A stretch of 64,000 bases of DNA from an uncultured delta proteobacterium (GTDB lineage Bacteria > Myxococcota > Myxococcia > Myxococcales > Anaeromyxobacteraceae). This document shows, one piece after another, positions 19,201 through 29,878 of this stretch. Location of the stretch: contig CAWHDZ010000007.1 of assembly GCA_963828255.1 (NCBI GenBank), positions 64,001-128,000 of the forward strand, given 5' to 3'. Numbering within the stretch: the stretch's first letter is position 1; every line of letters starts with the position of its first letter. The translations under genes were made by a program, and so were the position numbers. The notes beneath the pieces are model-generated. The model searched no databases. It had not been told where the DNA came from and saw only the letters and a list, made by a program, of their open reading frames with translations.

Positions 19201-19838
19201 ACCATCACGCAGTCGGGCGTGAGCGGGATGGCGCCGCCGGTGAGCCCCGTCCCCGCGCCGCGCGGGATGGCGTGGAGCTTGAGATCCCGGATGGCGGAGA
19301 GGAGCGGCGCCACCTGCGACTCCTCGGTGGGGGTCACCACGGCCAGCGGGAGGTGCAGGCGCCAGTCGGTGGCGTCGGTGGCGTGGGCGGTCAGGGTGAA
19401 GGGATCGAGCAGGACGTTCTCGCGCCCCACCACGGCCCCCAGGGCCCGCCGGATCCGGGCGTGCAGGTCGGGCATGCGCCGGACCTCGTCGCGGACGCCG
19501 TCGAGCATGCGCCGGGCCTCGGCCAGGACCTCGAGCACGAGCGTGTCGTTCCCGGCGCCATCCTGGATGACCCTGAAGTTCGCCTCGGCGTCGCCGAAGA
19601 AGCGCTTGCGCCGGCTCGACGAGGTGACGAGCTCCTGGCGGAGGTAAGGATTGCGCCGGTGGACCAGCACTTCCCCGAAGACCCGCATGAGGAGCCGGGC
19701 CGAGCGGCCGGTGACCCGGCGCTCCCGAAGCTCCTCGAGCTTCTTCCAGACCCCCTTGCCGAGCAGCGACGACACCGCCTGCCGGTCGTCGGCGGAGGTG
19801 TAGTTGTAGGGGATCTCGCGGTGGCTGGTGTTTGGCAT
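16230..19838 (-). CDS. DUF3683/DUF3400 FAD-linked Fe-S oxidoreductase (GlcD/GlcF-type fusion)
   Basis: REIPYNYTS N-terminus; PRGAGTGLTGG, HAGDGNVH, SGEHGIG; two CxxCxxC ferredoxin motifs; CCG domains. Confidence 0.92.
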   Translation of the reverse strand: MPNTSHREIPYNYTSADDRQAVSSLLGKGVWKKLEELRERRVTGRSARLLMRVFGEVLVHRRNPYLRQELVTSSSRRKRFFGDAEANFRVIQDGAGNDTLVLEVLAEARRMLDGVRDEVRRMPDLHARIRRALGAVVGRENVLLDPFTLTAHATDATDWRLHLPLAVVTPTEESQVAPLLSAIRDLKLHAIPRGAGTGLTGGAIPLTPDCVMVNTEKLNRIRGVSSRPFVLDDGRTVTGQVVDLEAGVITEAAMEHATHRGLVFATDPTSAWACTIGGNIAENAGGKDCVLWGTCIDNLVSFRIAMPGGHDWIVHRVNHQLRKILFDDVVRFEVRDGAGALVRPIELLGSEIRKRGLWKDITNKALGGLPGVQKEGTDGVITSAEFILYPAYPHTRTLCLEFFGPDFDEASQVILEIAREMPNRGEEALSALEHFDDQYVKAIGYQVKAPRTETPKAVIIVDVVGHTPEQVGRGVARIRSILAPHGKTFLAEARDAAEGKRFWADRKKLGAIARRTNAFKVNEDVVLPLTALAEFSLFIDAMNVHEERHCQENFVRRAETYLHGVPTPQDALWAPKLTAALSACTNAREAIARAGEAEVRSLAVTDRLRQDLAALLATHPKVAATLSAVWEEVRARLIVLATHMHAGDGNVHVNIPVLSNDRQMLRRSEAVVEKVFDRVHELGGVVSGEHGIGVTKLKYWDPERRKELEAYRRVVDPGGLMNPGKLSDLTALEQIYTPSFNLLKLEARILQHGQLEELARRIATCVRCGKCKPDCCVFYPGRGMFFHPRNKNLAIGALIEALLYDAQRQRSGSFELLRHLEEVADHCTICHKCLKPCPVDIDTGEVTVIEREILAARGFKRMPITTRLTLRYLDTRSRLGNKLLRTGLVSIGGALQRAGHEVTGPLQRLDGSSRLLATLRSPVTQADEGTLRDVVPECRADQALVFEPEGEANRTVFYFPGCGSERLFSRISQAAIHLLLETGTRVVIPPPFLCCGFPAHANALTEQHGRTVLRDTILFSQIRDMLSHLEFDAVVVSCGTCMDGLEGMEVEKIFGAPVVDAVGFALDAGLSLPGNAPVALYHTPCHDSLRGAGVATLARAGFEATEVPNCCSEAGTLALSRPDITDSMLHRKAGAVKEAMESLPAGTLMLTNCPSCVQGLGRNAGLGAVGRHLAVEAATRLSGAGWPERFRAQAQQAKVIQL

Positions 19839-19870
19839 GGTCCTCCCGCCCGGGGCGGACCAAGACTTCT

Positions 19871-19887
19871 AGCAGGTTCCGTGCCCC
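19871..19887 (-). promoter_or_regulatory. sigma54-type promoter of the oxidoreductase operon
   Basis: GGGGCACGGAACCTGCT (GG-N10-GC) about 33 nt before the ATG; AT-rich tract at 19900-19925 upstream. Confidence 0.55.
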
Positions 19888-20013
19888 GGACCCATCACGA
19901 AAATACGTGTAAAATCATGGTTATGGACTGACGGTCCCCGGCCCGGTCGCAGCAGAATCTGCGCCCAGGGGCCGGGTCCCGCCGTGCCGGCGCCGCCGCG
20001 CCGGTCCTGCTAC

Positions 20014-20253
20014 CTAGCCCTTCTTGAGCGTCTCGGTGAACGTCGCGACGGCCGCCTTCTCGGCCTCGCGCACCGCGTGCGGCACGCGCCCGACCGTCTC
20101 CCGGGCGTCGTCGCCGTACTCGAGCAGCTTCTGGCGCGTCTGCTTGCCCGACTGGGGGGCGTACAGCAGCGCGACGACACCTCCGACTGCAGCTCCGGCC
20201 AGGAACGCGAGGAGCACCGTTCCAGCGCCGACACCACCGTTGTTCTGGCTCAT
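20014..20253 (-). CDS. YtxH-like protein
   Basis: FLAGAAVGGVVALLYAPQSGKQTR. Confidence 0.9.
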   Translation of the reverse strand: MSQNNGGVGAGTVLLAFLAGAAVGGVVALLYAPQSGKQTRQKLLEYGDDARETVGRVPHAVREAEKAAVATFTETLKKG

Positions 20254-20684
20254 CCTGTCGTCTCCTTCCTCTCGTGTGGGAAACTCCCGGGGGCAGGGCC
20301 TTCTTCCGGCTCGGCGGGAGGAGGGTCCTCCTGCATCGCCCCCTTCCAGGCCCGGACGCCCGCCATCACGGCGGGCACCACCGCAGCCGCGATCGGCCCG
20401 GCAACCTGCATGGTGCCGCGGATCTGGTTCACCATCTGTGCGGCGTTGACGGCGCCCTCGACGATCTCGGCCATCTTGCCATCCTTCTCGAGCGCGGCGC
20501 CCAGCCGGTCGAGCCGGTCGGCGGTGCGGTGGATCCCGACGAGCGCCGCCTCGACGTCCTTGGCGCTCTTCTCGGCGACCGTCCTCAGCGCCTGGACCGT
20601 CCCGTAGAGCTGGACGATGACCGGGATGAGCGCCCCGACCAGCACGGCCACCAGGACCACCAGTGCAATCTGCCAGCCTTGCAT
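20250..20684 (-). CDS. DUF948/YtxG-like membrane-anchored protein
   Basis: N-terminal TM helix followed by coiled coil; ATGA overlap with the ytxH-like gene. Confidence 0.7.
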   Translation of the reverse strand: MQGWQIALVVLVAVLVGALIPVIVQLYGTVQALRTVAEKSAKDVEAALVGIHRTADRLDRLGAALEKDGKMAEIVEGAVNAAQMVNQIRGTMQVAGPIAAAVVPAVMAGVRAWKGAMQEDPPPAEPEEGPAPGSFPHERKETTG

Positions 20685-20861
20685 GCCGCCTCCGTTTCGA
20701 GCCCACCCGCGACCGCTTCACCGAATCTTGCTCCCGTCCGGGCCCCGGCGCCCGGTCCCAGAGAGGGGGTGCGTGACACGACGCGATGCACCCGGAATCA
20801 CTGGATATCATTGACACGGGGTTGCCACGGCGGCAATGACTCCCGCCGGAGGCACCATCTC

Positions 20862-21833
20862 ATGAAGGCGATCCGATTCCACCAGACCGGCGGTCCCGAG
20901 GTCCTGCGCCTCGAGGATCTCCCCGTCCCCCAGCCCGGCCCCGGCCAGGCCCGCGTGCGCCACACCGCCATCGGCGTGAACTTCATCGACACCTACCACC
21001 GGACCGGCCTCTACAAGCTGCCGCTCCCCAGTGGCCTGGGAGTGGAGGCGGCCGGGGTGGTCGAGGCGGTGGGGCAGGGAGTCGCCCACGTCGCCGCCGG
21101 CGACCGGGTGGCCTACGTGGCCCGCCCGCCCGGAGCCTACGCCGAGGCCGCCGCCGTCCCCGCCGACCGGCTGGTGCACATCCCCGAGGGGGTCGCCGAC
21201 GAGGTGGCCGCCGCCGCCATGCTGAAGGGGATGACGGCGTGGATGCTGCTCCGGCGCATCCACGCGGTGAAGCCCGGCGAGAACGTGCTCTTCCACGCCG
21301 CGGCCGGCGGGGTGGGGCTCATCGCCGTGCAGTGGCTGCGGGCCCTGGGGGCGCGCACCATCGCCACGGTGGGCAGCGACGAGAAGGCGCGACTGGCGCT
21401 GGACGCCGGCGCCAGCGACGTGATCGTCTACACCCGCGAGGACTTCCCGAAGCGGGTCCGCCAGTTGACCAATGGTGAAGGAGTTCCGGTGGTCTACGAC
21501 TCGGTGGGCAGGAGCACCTTCGAGGGCTCCCTCGACTGCCTCTCCCCGCTGGGACTCATGGTGAGCTACGGGAACGCCTCCGGTCCGGTGCCGCCCTTCG
21601 ACCTCGCCCAGCTGGCGGCCAAGGGATCCCTCTTCCTGACCCGCCCCACGCTCTTCAGCTACACGGCCCGGCGCGAGGACCTGGAGGAGGGGGCCCGGGA
21701 GCTCTTCGGCGTCATCCGGTCCGGCCAGGTCCGCGTCGAGGTGAAGCACCGCTGGCCGCTCGCCGGGGCCGCCGACGCCCACCGCGCCCTGGAAGGGCGC
21801 CACACCACCGGGTCCATCGTGCTCGTGCCCTAG
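20862..21833 (+). CDS. qor: NADPH:quinone oxidoreductase (zeta-crystallin/MDR)
   Basis: GVNFIDTYHRTGLY, HAAAGGVG, VVYDSVG, GSLFLTRP, TTGSIVL. Confidence 0.95.
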   Translation: MKAIRFHQTGGPEVLRLEDLPVPQPGPGQARVRHTAIGVNFIDTYHRTGLYKLPLPSGLGVEAAGVVEAVGQGVAHVAAGDRVAYVARPPGAYAEAAAVPADRLVHIPEGVADEVAAAAMLKGMTAWMLLRRIHAVKPGENVLFHAAAGGVGLIAVQWLRALGARTIATVGSDEKARLALDAGASDVIVYTREDFPKRVRQLTNGEGVPVVYDSVGRSTFEGSLDCLSPLGLMVSYGNASGPVPPFDLAQLAAKGSLFLTRPTLFSYTARREDLEEGARELFGVIRSGQVRVEVKHRWPLAGAADAHRALEGRHTTGSIVLVP

Positions 21834-21845
21834 GAAGGAAACCAC

Positions 21846-23999
21846 ATGATCCTCGCCACGCTGGCCGTCGCCTCCGTCCTCCTCGCCCAGACACCGTCGG
21901 CTGCCCAGCCGCCCCGGGCCCCCCGCCGTCCGGTCACAGAGACCCACCACGGCGTCGAGGTGGTCGACCCCTACCGCTGGCTGGAGGACTCCGGGTCGCC
22001 CGAGGTGAAGGAGTGGACCGCCGCCCAGGGGGCCGCCGCGCGGGCCTGGCTCGACGCGCTGCCCTCCGCGAAGGAGATCCGGGAGCAGGTCCGCGAGATC
22101 GTGGTGTCCCGCTCCCCGTTCTGGTACCGGCTGGCCGAGCGGAAGGGGACCTGGTTCGCGATGAAGAGCGATCCGGCGCGGCAGCAGCCGGTCCTGGTGC
22201 GCCTGGCCTCCCCGGATGACCCCGCCGGAGAGCGGATCCTCCTCGATCCACAGGCAATCGACCCCTCCGGCAAGACCAACGTCGACTGGTTCGTCCCCTC
22301 GCCGGACGGCAAGCGCATCGCCGTGTCGCTCTCCAGGGGGGGCACCGAGTCGGGCGACCTCACGATCTTCGACGTGGCCACCATGAAGCCCGTCGGCGAG
22401 CCGATCCCGCGCGTCCACGGGGGCACGGCCGGCGGCTCGATGGCCTGGACCGGGGACGGAAAGGGCTTCTGGTACACCCGCTACCCGCGCGAGGGGGAGC
22501 GCCCCGCCGCCGACCTGCCCTTCTACCAGCAGGTCTGGTTCCACCGGATCGGGACCCCCGGCTCGAGCGACGTCAAGGAACTCGGCGACGAGCTGCCCCG
22601 CATCGCCGAGATCACGCTCCGCGCCAAGGACGACGGGAAGTGGGTGCTCGCCGAGGTGAAGGACGGCGACGGCGGCGACGCGGAGCTCTGGCTGCGCCCC
22701 GGCGGCAAGGGTTCCTGGTCCCGGCTCTCGCGCCTCCACGACAAGGCCGTCGAGGGCGAGTTCGGGGACGGGCCGGAGCTCTTCCTCCTCTCCCGCCATG
22801 GCGCACCGCGCGGGAGGCTCTTGCGTCTGCCGCTGCCGCCGCCGGCGAAGGAACCTCTCGCGGCAGCCCGGGTGGTCATCCAGGAGGGGGACGACGCGAT
22901 CCAGGCGGTCGTGCCCGCACGCGACCGGCTCTACGTGACCTACCTGGCCGGCGGCCCGTCGCGCCTCGCCATGTTCACCCCGGCCGGCAAGCCCCTCGGC
23001 GAGGTCCCCATCCTGCCCGTCTCGACGGTGGGCCAGGTCGTGCCGGTCAAGAGCCGCGGCATCCTCTTCCAGAACGTGAGCTGGGTGGAGCCGGTCGCCT
23101 GGTACGCCTTCGACCCGAAGAGCGGAAGGGTGTCGAGGACGAAGCTCGCCACCGTCTCCCCGGTCGACCTCTCCGGGGCCGAGGCGGTGCGCGGCTTCGC
23201 CACCTCGAAGGACGGAACCCGGGTTCCGGTCGACGTCATCCGCATGAAGGGGACCAGGATCGACGGGAGCAACCCGGCCATCCTCTACGGCTACGGTGGC
23301 TACGGCCTCAGCCAGACCCCGGTCTTCTCGCCGCTGAGGGCGCTCTGGCTCAGGAACGGCGGCGTCTACGCCACGGCCATCCTGCGCGGCGGCGGCGAGT
23401 TCGGGGACGCCTGGCACCTGGCCGGCAACCTGACCCGCAAGCAGAACGTCTTCGACGACTTCATCGCCGCGGCCGGGTGGCTCGTGCAGGAAGGCTACAC
23501 GAGGCCGGAACGGCTCGGCATCCTGGGCGGCTCGAACGGCGGACTCCTCGTGAACGCGGTGGTGACGCAGCGGCCGGAGCTCTTCCGGGCGGCGGCGAGC
23601 CTGGTGGGCATCTCCGACGCCGTCCGGGTCGAGACCACGCCCAACGGCGCCTTCAACGTTCCCGAGTTCGGCACCGTGAAGGACCCGGAGCAGTTCAAGG
23701 CGCTCCTCGCGTACTCCCCGGTCCACCGGGTGGTGGACGGGACCCGCTACCCGGCCGTGCTATTGACTGCGGGTGAAGGCGATCCGCGCGTCGACTCCTG
23801 GCACGCCAAGAAGATGGCGGCCCGCCTCCAGGAGGCCACCACCTCCGGCCTCCCGGTGGTGCTGCGCATCTCCGGCTGGGGGCACGGGATCGGCAGCTCG
23901 CGCGACGAGACCATCGCCCAGCAGGCCGACGTCTGGGCCTTCTTCTTCGCCGAGCTGGGCGTCCCGTTCCGCCCCGTCGCCGTCTCCTCCAGGCGGTGA
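21846..23999 (+). CDS. Prolyl oligopeptidase (S9A), secreted
   Basis: Signal peptide; DPYRWLED, YGYGGY, RGGGEFG, GGSNGG, DPRV, GHG. Confidence 0.95.
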   Translation: MILATLAVASVLLAQTPSAAQPPRAPRRPVTETHHGVEVVDPYRWLEDSGSPEVKEWTAAQGAAARAWLDALPSAKEIREQVREIVVSRSPFWYRLAERKGTWFAMKSDPARQQPVLVRLASPDDPAGERILLDPQAIDPSGKTNVDWFVPSPDGKRIAVSLSRGGTESGDLTIFDVATMKPVGEPIPRVHGGTAGGSMAWTGDGKGFWYTRYPREGERPAADLPFYQQVWFHRIGTPGSSDVKELGDELPRIAEITLRAKDDGKWVLAEVKDGDGGDAELWLRPGGKGSWSRLSRLHDKAVEGEFGDGPELFLLSRHGAPRGRLLRLPLPPPAKEPLAAARVVIQEGDDAIQAVVPARDRLYVTYLAGGPSRLAMFTPAGKPLGEVPILPVSTVGQVVPVKSRGILFQNVSWVEPVAWYAFDPKSGRVSRTKLATVSPVDLSGAEAVRGFATSKDGTRVPVDVIRMKGTRIDGSNPAILYGYGGYGLSQTPVFSPLRALWLRNGGVYATAILRGGGEFGDAWHLAGNLTRKQNVFDDFIAAAGWLVQEGYTRPERLGILGGSNGGLLVNAVVTQRPELFRAAASLVGISDAVRVETTPNGAFNVPEFGTVKDPEQFKALLAYSPVHRVVDGTRYPAVLLTAGEGDPRVDSWHAKKMAARLQEATTSGLPVVLRISGWGHGIGSSRDETIAQQADVWAFFFAELGVPFRPVAVSSRR

Positions 24000-25201
24000 C
24001 GCCGGCCGGGCCGGCATCCCGGTTCGTGCCCCTGCGGAGCCGCGCCACCGGCGCGCTCTGCACCGGCACGGTGGCCGCCTACGCGGCCATGTACGTCACC
24101 CAGCCGCTCCTGCCCATGCTCTCGGCCGAGTTCGCCATCCCGCCGGCCACGGCGGGGCTCTCGGTCTCGGCGGTGGTGCTCGCCATCGCGGCCGGGTCGT
24201 TCCTGGCCGGGCCGCTCTCCGACGCGCTGGGGAGGAAGGCGGTGATGGTCGGGTCGCTGGCGCTGCTCGTCCTGCCCACGCTGGCCTGCGCCGCGGCGAG
24301 GAGCTTCCCCGAGCTGGTCGCGCTGCGGGCGGCGCAGGGGCTCCTCATCCCCGGCGTCACGGCCGTCTCGGTGGCCTGGGCAGGGGACCACTTCGCCCCC
24401 GGGCAGCTCCGGGCCGCGGTGGGCGCCGTCATCGCCGCCAGCGTCGCCGGAGGGCTCCTCGGCCGGGTGGCGAGCGGCCTCGTGGCCGCGCAGGGAGGGT
24501 GGAGGGCCGCCTTCCTCCTCTCGGCCGCGATCACGGCGGCGGGCGCGGCCGGGATGTGGTTCGAGCTGCCGAGGGGAGGGCCGCCCGCTGCTCCCTGGCG
24601 CGGTGCCCTGGGCGGGATGCTGCGCCACCTCGGCGACCGGCGCCTCCTGGGCGGCTTCGCGCTGGCCTTCTGCCTCTTCTTCGCCTTCATCGCCGTCTTC
24701 ACCTACCTGCCCTACCGGCTCGCGGCCCCCCCGTTCCGGCTCTCCACCGACGCCATCGCCTCGGCCTACCTGGTGTACGTGGTGGGCATCGTGGCGTCGC
24801 CCCTGGCCGGGAGGCTCTCGGCGCGGGTGGCGCCGGAGCGGATCATGCTCGCCGGGCTCGCCATCTCCGCGGCGGGGGTGGCGGTGACGCTCTCCGGTTC
24901 ACTGGTGGTCCTGGTGAGCGGACTGCTCGTGCTCGTGGTGGGGATGTTCACCGCCCAGGCGCTTGGGCCCTCCTACGTGAACGAGACGGCCCGGGAGGCC
25001 AAGGGAGGCGCCAGCGCGCTCTACCTGGCCTTCTACTACCTGGGTGGAACGCTGGGCTCCTGGCTGCCCGGGCTGGCCTGGCAGCGATGGGGCTGGAACG
25101 GCGTGGCCGGCGCGAGCCTTCTGGCCCTGGGCGCCGCGGCGCTTGCGGTGTCGATCCTCTGCCGGACGGAGCGCCCGGCCCGCGCGGCTCAGGGAGCCTG
25201 A
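23996..25201 (+). CDS. MFS transporter (YnfM-like)
   Basis: YVTQPLLP, GPLSDALGRK, ASALYLAFYYLGGTLG; about 12 TM segments. Confidence 0.9.
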   Translation: MTPAGPASRFVPLRSRATGALCTGTVAAYAAMYVTQPLLPMLSAEFAIPPATAGLSVSAVVLAIAAGSFLAGPLSDALGRKAVMVGSLALLVLPTLACAAARSFPELVALRAAQGLLIPGVTAVSVAWAGDHFAPGQLRAAVGAVIAASVAGGLLGRVASGLVAAQGGWRAAFLLSAAITAAGAAGMWFELPRGGPPAAPWRGALGGMLRHLGDRRLLGGFALAFCLFFAFIAVFTYLPYRLAAPPFRLSTDAIASAYLVYVVGIVASPLAGRLSARVAPERIMLAGLAISAAGVAVTLSGSLVVLVSGLLVLVVGMFTAQALGPSYVNETAREAKGGASALYLAFYYLGGTLGSWLPGLAWQRWGWNGVAGASLLALGAAALAVSILCRTERPARAAQGA

Positions 25202-25716
25202 CGCTCCCACCAGATGTCGGCGTCGCGCGGGGTGTCGAGCCGGCGCGCGCCCACGGAGAGCCGGCGCAGGTCCTCGAGGACGCCCTCGACGATGGCGGGG
25301 ACGGAGCGGCGCATCGTCGCGGTGAGGAAGGTTCCCAGTTCCAGGCTCTCCGGGATGGCTCCCCAGAGGATCACCTCCGACGGCCCGCTCCCGCGGAACT
25401 CCATTGCGAGGAGCGCCTCGCGCAGCCCGGGCTCGTGCGGGCTCATGGAGGTCTTGGTCCCGCCCTTCACGATCTCCGCGCGGTCGTAGCGCTTCACGTC
25501 CCCCGGGCCGCCCTGGTCCCGGACGGCGTCCACGACGATGGCCGCGTCCGTGCCGTGGAGCAGCGAGATGATGTCCATCCCGGGGGTTCCGGCGTCGAGG
25601 ATCTCGGCGTCCCCGTCGAGGTCCCAGCCGGCCTGCAGGGTTCGCGCGACGAACGGGCCGAGGCCGTCGTCGCTGTTCAGGACGTTTCCGATTCCCAGCA
25701 CCACCACGCGCGCCAT
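25189..25716 (-). CDS. Hydrogenase maturation protease (HyaD/HybD family)
   Basis: VLGIGNVLNSDDGLG, DAGT, IVVDAV, SPHE. Confidence 0.92.
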   Translation of the reverse strand: MARVVVLGIGNVLNSDDGLGPFVARTLQAGWDLDGDAEILDAGTPGMDIISLLHGTDAAIVVDAVRDQGGPGDVKRYDRAEIVKGGTKTSMSPHEPGLREALLAMEFRGSGPSEVILWGAIPESLELGTFLTATMRRSVPAIVEGVLEDLRRLSVGARRLDTPRDADIWWERQAP

Positions 25717-25788
25717 GGAGGGAGAGACTACTGCACCTCGTCCCGGATGGGGTCGACAGGAGGAGGCAACCCATGACAACAAGGGCCC

Positions 25789-26568
25789 ATGCGCAGGGTG
25801 GTCGTCGAGATCGACGAGGCGAAGTGCGACGGGTGCGGCGAGTGCGTGCCCTCCTGCGCCGAGGGCGCCATCCGGCTGGTGGATGGCAAGGCCCGGCTGG
25901 TGGCCGACGCGCTCTGCGACGGCCTGGGCGCCTGCCTGGGGGAGTGTCCCCAGGGAGCCATCCGCGTGCTCGAGCGGGAGGCCGCGCCGTTCGACGAGGA
26001 GGCGGTGGCGCGCCACCTGGCCGGCGCCATCCCGTCGCCACCCCGGGATCCAGCCGTTCCGTCCGCGCCCCGACGTTCACTTTCCGTGGTGCAGCCGGCC
26101 CCGGACGACGGCGCGGGAGGCTGTCCCGGGTCGCGGAGCATGGACCTCGGCCCGCCGCGCCGGGCTCCTTCCGCCCCGGCCCCGGCCGGTGCGACGACCG
26201 CGGGCCAGCTCTCCCACTGGCCCGTGCAGCTCGCGCTCGTCTCGGCCGGCGCACCCTGGCTGGCCGGCGCCAATCTCCTGCTCGCCGCCGACTGCGTCCC
26301 CTTCGCCTACGCCGACTTCCACCGGGACCTGCTGGCCGGGCGCCGGGTGCTGGTCGGCTGCCCGAAGCTCGACGATCTCCAGGGATACGTGGGGAAGCTC
26401 GTCGAGATCTTCCGGACGTCGCGCCCGCGAAGCCTCACCGTGGCCCGGATGGAGGTTCCGTGCTGCGGCGGGATCGTCTCCGCGGCACGGGAGGCGGTGC
26501 GGCTTTCCGGTGTGGCGCTGCCGGTCACCGAGGTGACCATCGGCGTGGGTGGCGCGCGCCTCTCCTGA
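25789..26568 (+). CDS. 4Fe-4S dicluster protein with Cys-containing C-terminal domain
   Basis: CDGCGECVPSC, CDGLGACLGECP, GCPGS, WPVQL, AADC, GCPKLD, MEVPCCGG. Confidence 0.88.
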   Translation: MRRVVVEIDEAKCDGCGECVPSCAEGAIRLVDGKARLVADALCDGLGACLGECPQGAIRVLEREAAPFDEEAVARHLAGAIPSPPRDPAVPSAPRRSLSVVQPAPDDGAGGCPGSRSMDLGPPRRAPSAPAPAGATTAGQLSHWPVQLALVSAGAPWLAGANLLLAADCVPFAYADFHRDLLAGRRVLVGCPKLDDLQGYVGKLVEIFRTSRPRSLTVARMEVPCCGGIVSAAREAVRLSGVALPVTEVTIGVGGARLS

Positions 26569-26645
26569 GGGCTGCGGGCACTGGGCTCCCGCATCGGGTA
26601 GAATCGGGGGATGGCGAAGCCCAGCCGGCTCGCCGGGAGGTTCCC

Positions 26646-26981
26646 ATGAAGCGCCTTCGTTCCGTCGGCATGGCCTCGCTGGCCGGGGCAGTTCTCTCCT
26701 TCGCCGGACCCGCGACCGCCGCGGACGACCCCGGTGTCATCCCCATGGAGATCCGGGTGGGCGATGTCGTGCCCGTCGGCCCCGGGCCGGTGCGAAACCT
26801 CATCTGCGACAGCCCCGGCCTGGTCGAGCCCACCGACCAGGGCGGAAGCCCAGGCCTTCGCGGGCTTCGCGCCGGCACGACCCTCTGCTCCCTCACCGAC
26901 GCCCTCTCCATCCGGCGCACCTACCGGGTGGTGGTCGTGGTGCCTCCTGCGGCCTCGTCCCAGCCGGGCGGGGCCAAGTAG
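26646..26981 (+). CDS. Hypothetical secreted protein
   Basis: GGAGG upstream; signal peptide; beta-rich with two Cys. Confidence 0.65.
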   Translation: MKRLRSVGMASLAGAVLSFAGPATAADDPGVIPMEIRVGDVVPVGPGPVRNLICDSPGLVEPTDQGGSPGLRGLRAGTTLCSLTDALSIRRTYRVVVVVPPAASSQPGGAK

Positions 26982-26987
26982 ACCGCC

Positions 26988-27416
26988 GTGGCCGCCTGGA
27001 AGCGGATCGGCTGCGCGGTCGACTTCTCCGACGGGTCGCACGCCGCGCTCGCCGAGGCCACCGCCCTGGCGGGCCGCTTCGGCGCCGGGCTCGTTCTCCT
27101 GCACGCCGAGGAACTGGCGGGAGTGACCGACATCCCGCCGCCCCAGAGCGTGGTCGAGTCCACCCGGCGGGAACTCGAGGCGAAGCTCGCGGAGTGGAAG
27201 GCCGAGGCGGAGCGGGGGCTTGATCGGGAGGTCGAGGCCCACATGATCCCGGGCCCGGCGGCCCCCGGGATCGCCCGCGCCGCCGCCGAACGCGGTCTCG
27301 ACCTGCTCGTGACCGGGACCCACGGAAGGCGCGGGTTCCGTCACCTGGTCCTGGGGTCCGTGGCCGAGCGGCTCGTCCACCTGGCGCCCTGCGCGGTCCT
27401 GGTGGTCCGGGCGTGA
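26988..27416 (+). CDS. Universal stress protein
   Basis: [37 protein letters not shown]. Confidence 0.95.
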   Translation: MAAWKRIGCAVDFSDGSHAALAEATALAGRFGAGLVLLHAEELAGVTDIPPPQSVVESTRRELEAKLAEWKAEAERGLDREVEAHMIPGPAAPGIARAAAERGLDLLVTGTHGRRGFRHLVLGSVAERLVHLAPCAVLVVRA

Positions 27417-28834
27417 TCCTCGCCGTGACGACCGCGGCCCTGCTCCTCGCAACGGAACCGGCCGCCGGCCCGGCGCCCGCCACCCTCCCGGGCGGCCCAC
27501 CCGAGGCGGCGCGCATCCTCGCCGAGGCCCTCCGGGGAGGGTCGTACCCGATCCTGGCCGAGCTCACCGACGGCGTCGGGTCCCGCCTGGCCGGATCACG
27601 CGGCGCGGAGGCGGCGGTGCGCTGGAGCGCGGACTGGTTCCGCCGCCACGGCATCCCGGTGCGCCTCGAGCCGGTGATGGTCACCCGGTGGACCCGCGGG
27701 GAGGAGCGGGCCGAGGTGGTCGCGGGGCCCGGCGGCCGCCCGCAGCCGCTGGCCGTGACGGCGCTCGGCATGAGCGCGCCCACGCCCCCGGGCGGGCTCG
27801 TCGCAGAGGTGATCGAGGTCCGCAGCCTCGAGGAGCTGGCCCGGATCGGACCTGGGGTGAAGGGGCGGATCGTCCTCTTCCAGCACGACATGAAGGTGGC
27901 GGCCGACTACGGCAGGTTCTCGGGGCTCCGGCTCCGGGGGCCCGCCGCCGCCGCGCGCCTGGGCGCGGTGGCCGCGCTGGTGCGCTCCCTGTCCACCGCC
28001 AGCCTACGCGCCCCCCACACCGGCACCACCTCGTTCCCGCCCGGGGTCGCCGCCATCCCCGCCGGCGCCCTGGCGGTGGAGGACGCCGAGCTCGTCCACC
28101 GGCTCCTCGGGCGCGGTCCGGTCCGGATCCGCCTGGTCCTGGGCTGCAGCCTGGCCGACCCGCCGCTCGTCCCGTCGGCCAACGTGGTGGCCGAGATCCG
28201 GGGCGCCGGGAAGCCCGACGAGGTCGTCGTCATCGGCGCCCACCTCGACGCCTGGGACCTGGGGACGGGGGCCATCGACGACGGGGCAGGGGTGGCCATG
28301 GTCCTCGAGACCATGCGGATCGTGGCCAGCATGCCGCGGCCGCCGCGACGGACGCTGCGCGCGGTGCTCTTCATGAACGAGGAGAACGGCGCCGAGGGGG
28401 CCGTGGCCTACCACGAGGCGGCCCTGGCGGCCGGAACGCTCCACGTGGCGGCCATGGAGGCCGACGCGGGCGCCGGGCGCGCCACCGGGGTCGAGGTCAC
28501 CGCGGGTCCGGGGGCGATGGAACTCGTCGGTGCGATGGCGGCGCCGCTCGCGTCGGTGGGCGCAGCCGGGGTGGGCGGAAACGGTGGCGGCGTGGACATC
28601 TCGCCGCTGGCCTGGGCCGGCGTCCCGCTCCTCTCGCTGGCCCAGGACACCAGCCGCTACTTCGACTGGCACCACGGCGCCGCCGACACCCTCGACAAGG
28701 TCGATCCCGCCCAGCTGGCGCAGGCCACCGCCGCGTTCGCCTGGATGGCCTGGGCGCTCGCCGACTCTCCCGCGACCCTTCCGCGCCTGCCTGCCCCGGA
28801 CCGCGAGCCATGGTGGAAGCGCCCGTCGCGCTGA
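27413..28834 (+). CDS. M28 metallopeptidase (carboxypeptidase Q-like)
   Basis: [42 protein letters not shown]-like domain. Confidence 0.92.
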   Translation: MILAVTTAALLLATEPAAGPAPATLPGGPPEAARILAEALRGGSYPILAELTDGVGSRLAGSRGAEAAVRWSADWFRRHGIPVRLEPVMVTRWTRGEERAEVVAGPGGRPQPLAVTALGMSAPTPPGGLVAEVIEVRSLEELARIGPGVKGRIVLFQHDMKVAADYGRFSGLRLRGPAAAARLGAVAALVRSLSTASLRAPHTGTTSFPPGVAAIPAGALAVEDAELVHRLLGRGPVRIRLVLGCSLADPPLVPSANVVAEIRGAGKPDEVVVIGAHLDAWDLGTGAIDDGAGVAMVLETMRIVASMPRPPRRTLRAVLFMNEENGAEGAVAYHEAALAAGTLHVAAMEADAGAGRATGVEVTAGPGAMELVGAMAAPLASVGAAGVGGNGGGVDISPLAWAGVPLLSLAQDTSRYFDWHHGAADTLDKVDPAQLAQATAAFAWMAWALADSPATLPRLPAPDREPWWKRPSR

Positions 28835-28849
28835 TTAGGATCCGCGCTC

Positions 28850-29803
<954 letters not shown>

Positions 29804-29878
29804 CCAGCCCGCCTCCTCGCTCTCGTCCATGTCGGCCATGACGTCGGCCGCGCGAAGCTGCGGGAACCGCGCGTACGA

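Noticed and set aside
2971..23726. Very long alternative-frame or antisense ORFs (e.g. 2971..5853, 7317..10826, 7651..12078, 15868..19863, 16323..19931, 20808..23726)
   Set aside because: They are shadow ORFs of real high-GC3 genes: Arg/Gly/Pro-rich or exactly antisense, with no family motifs.
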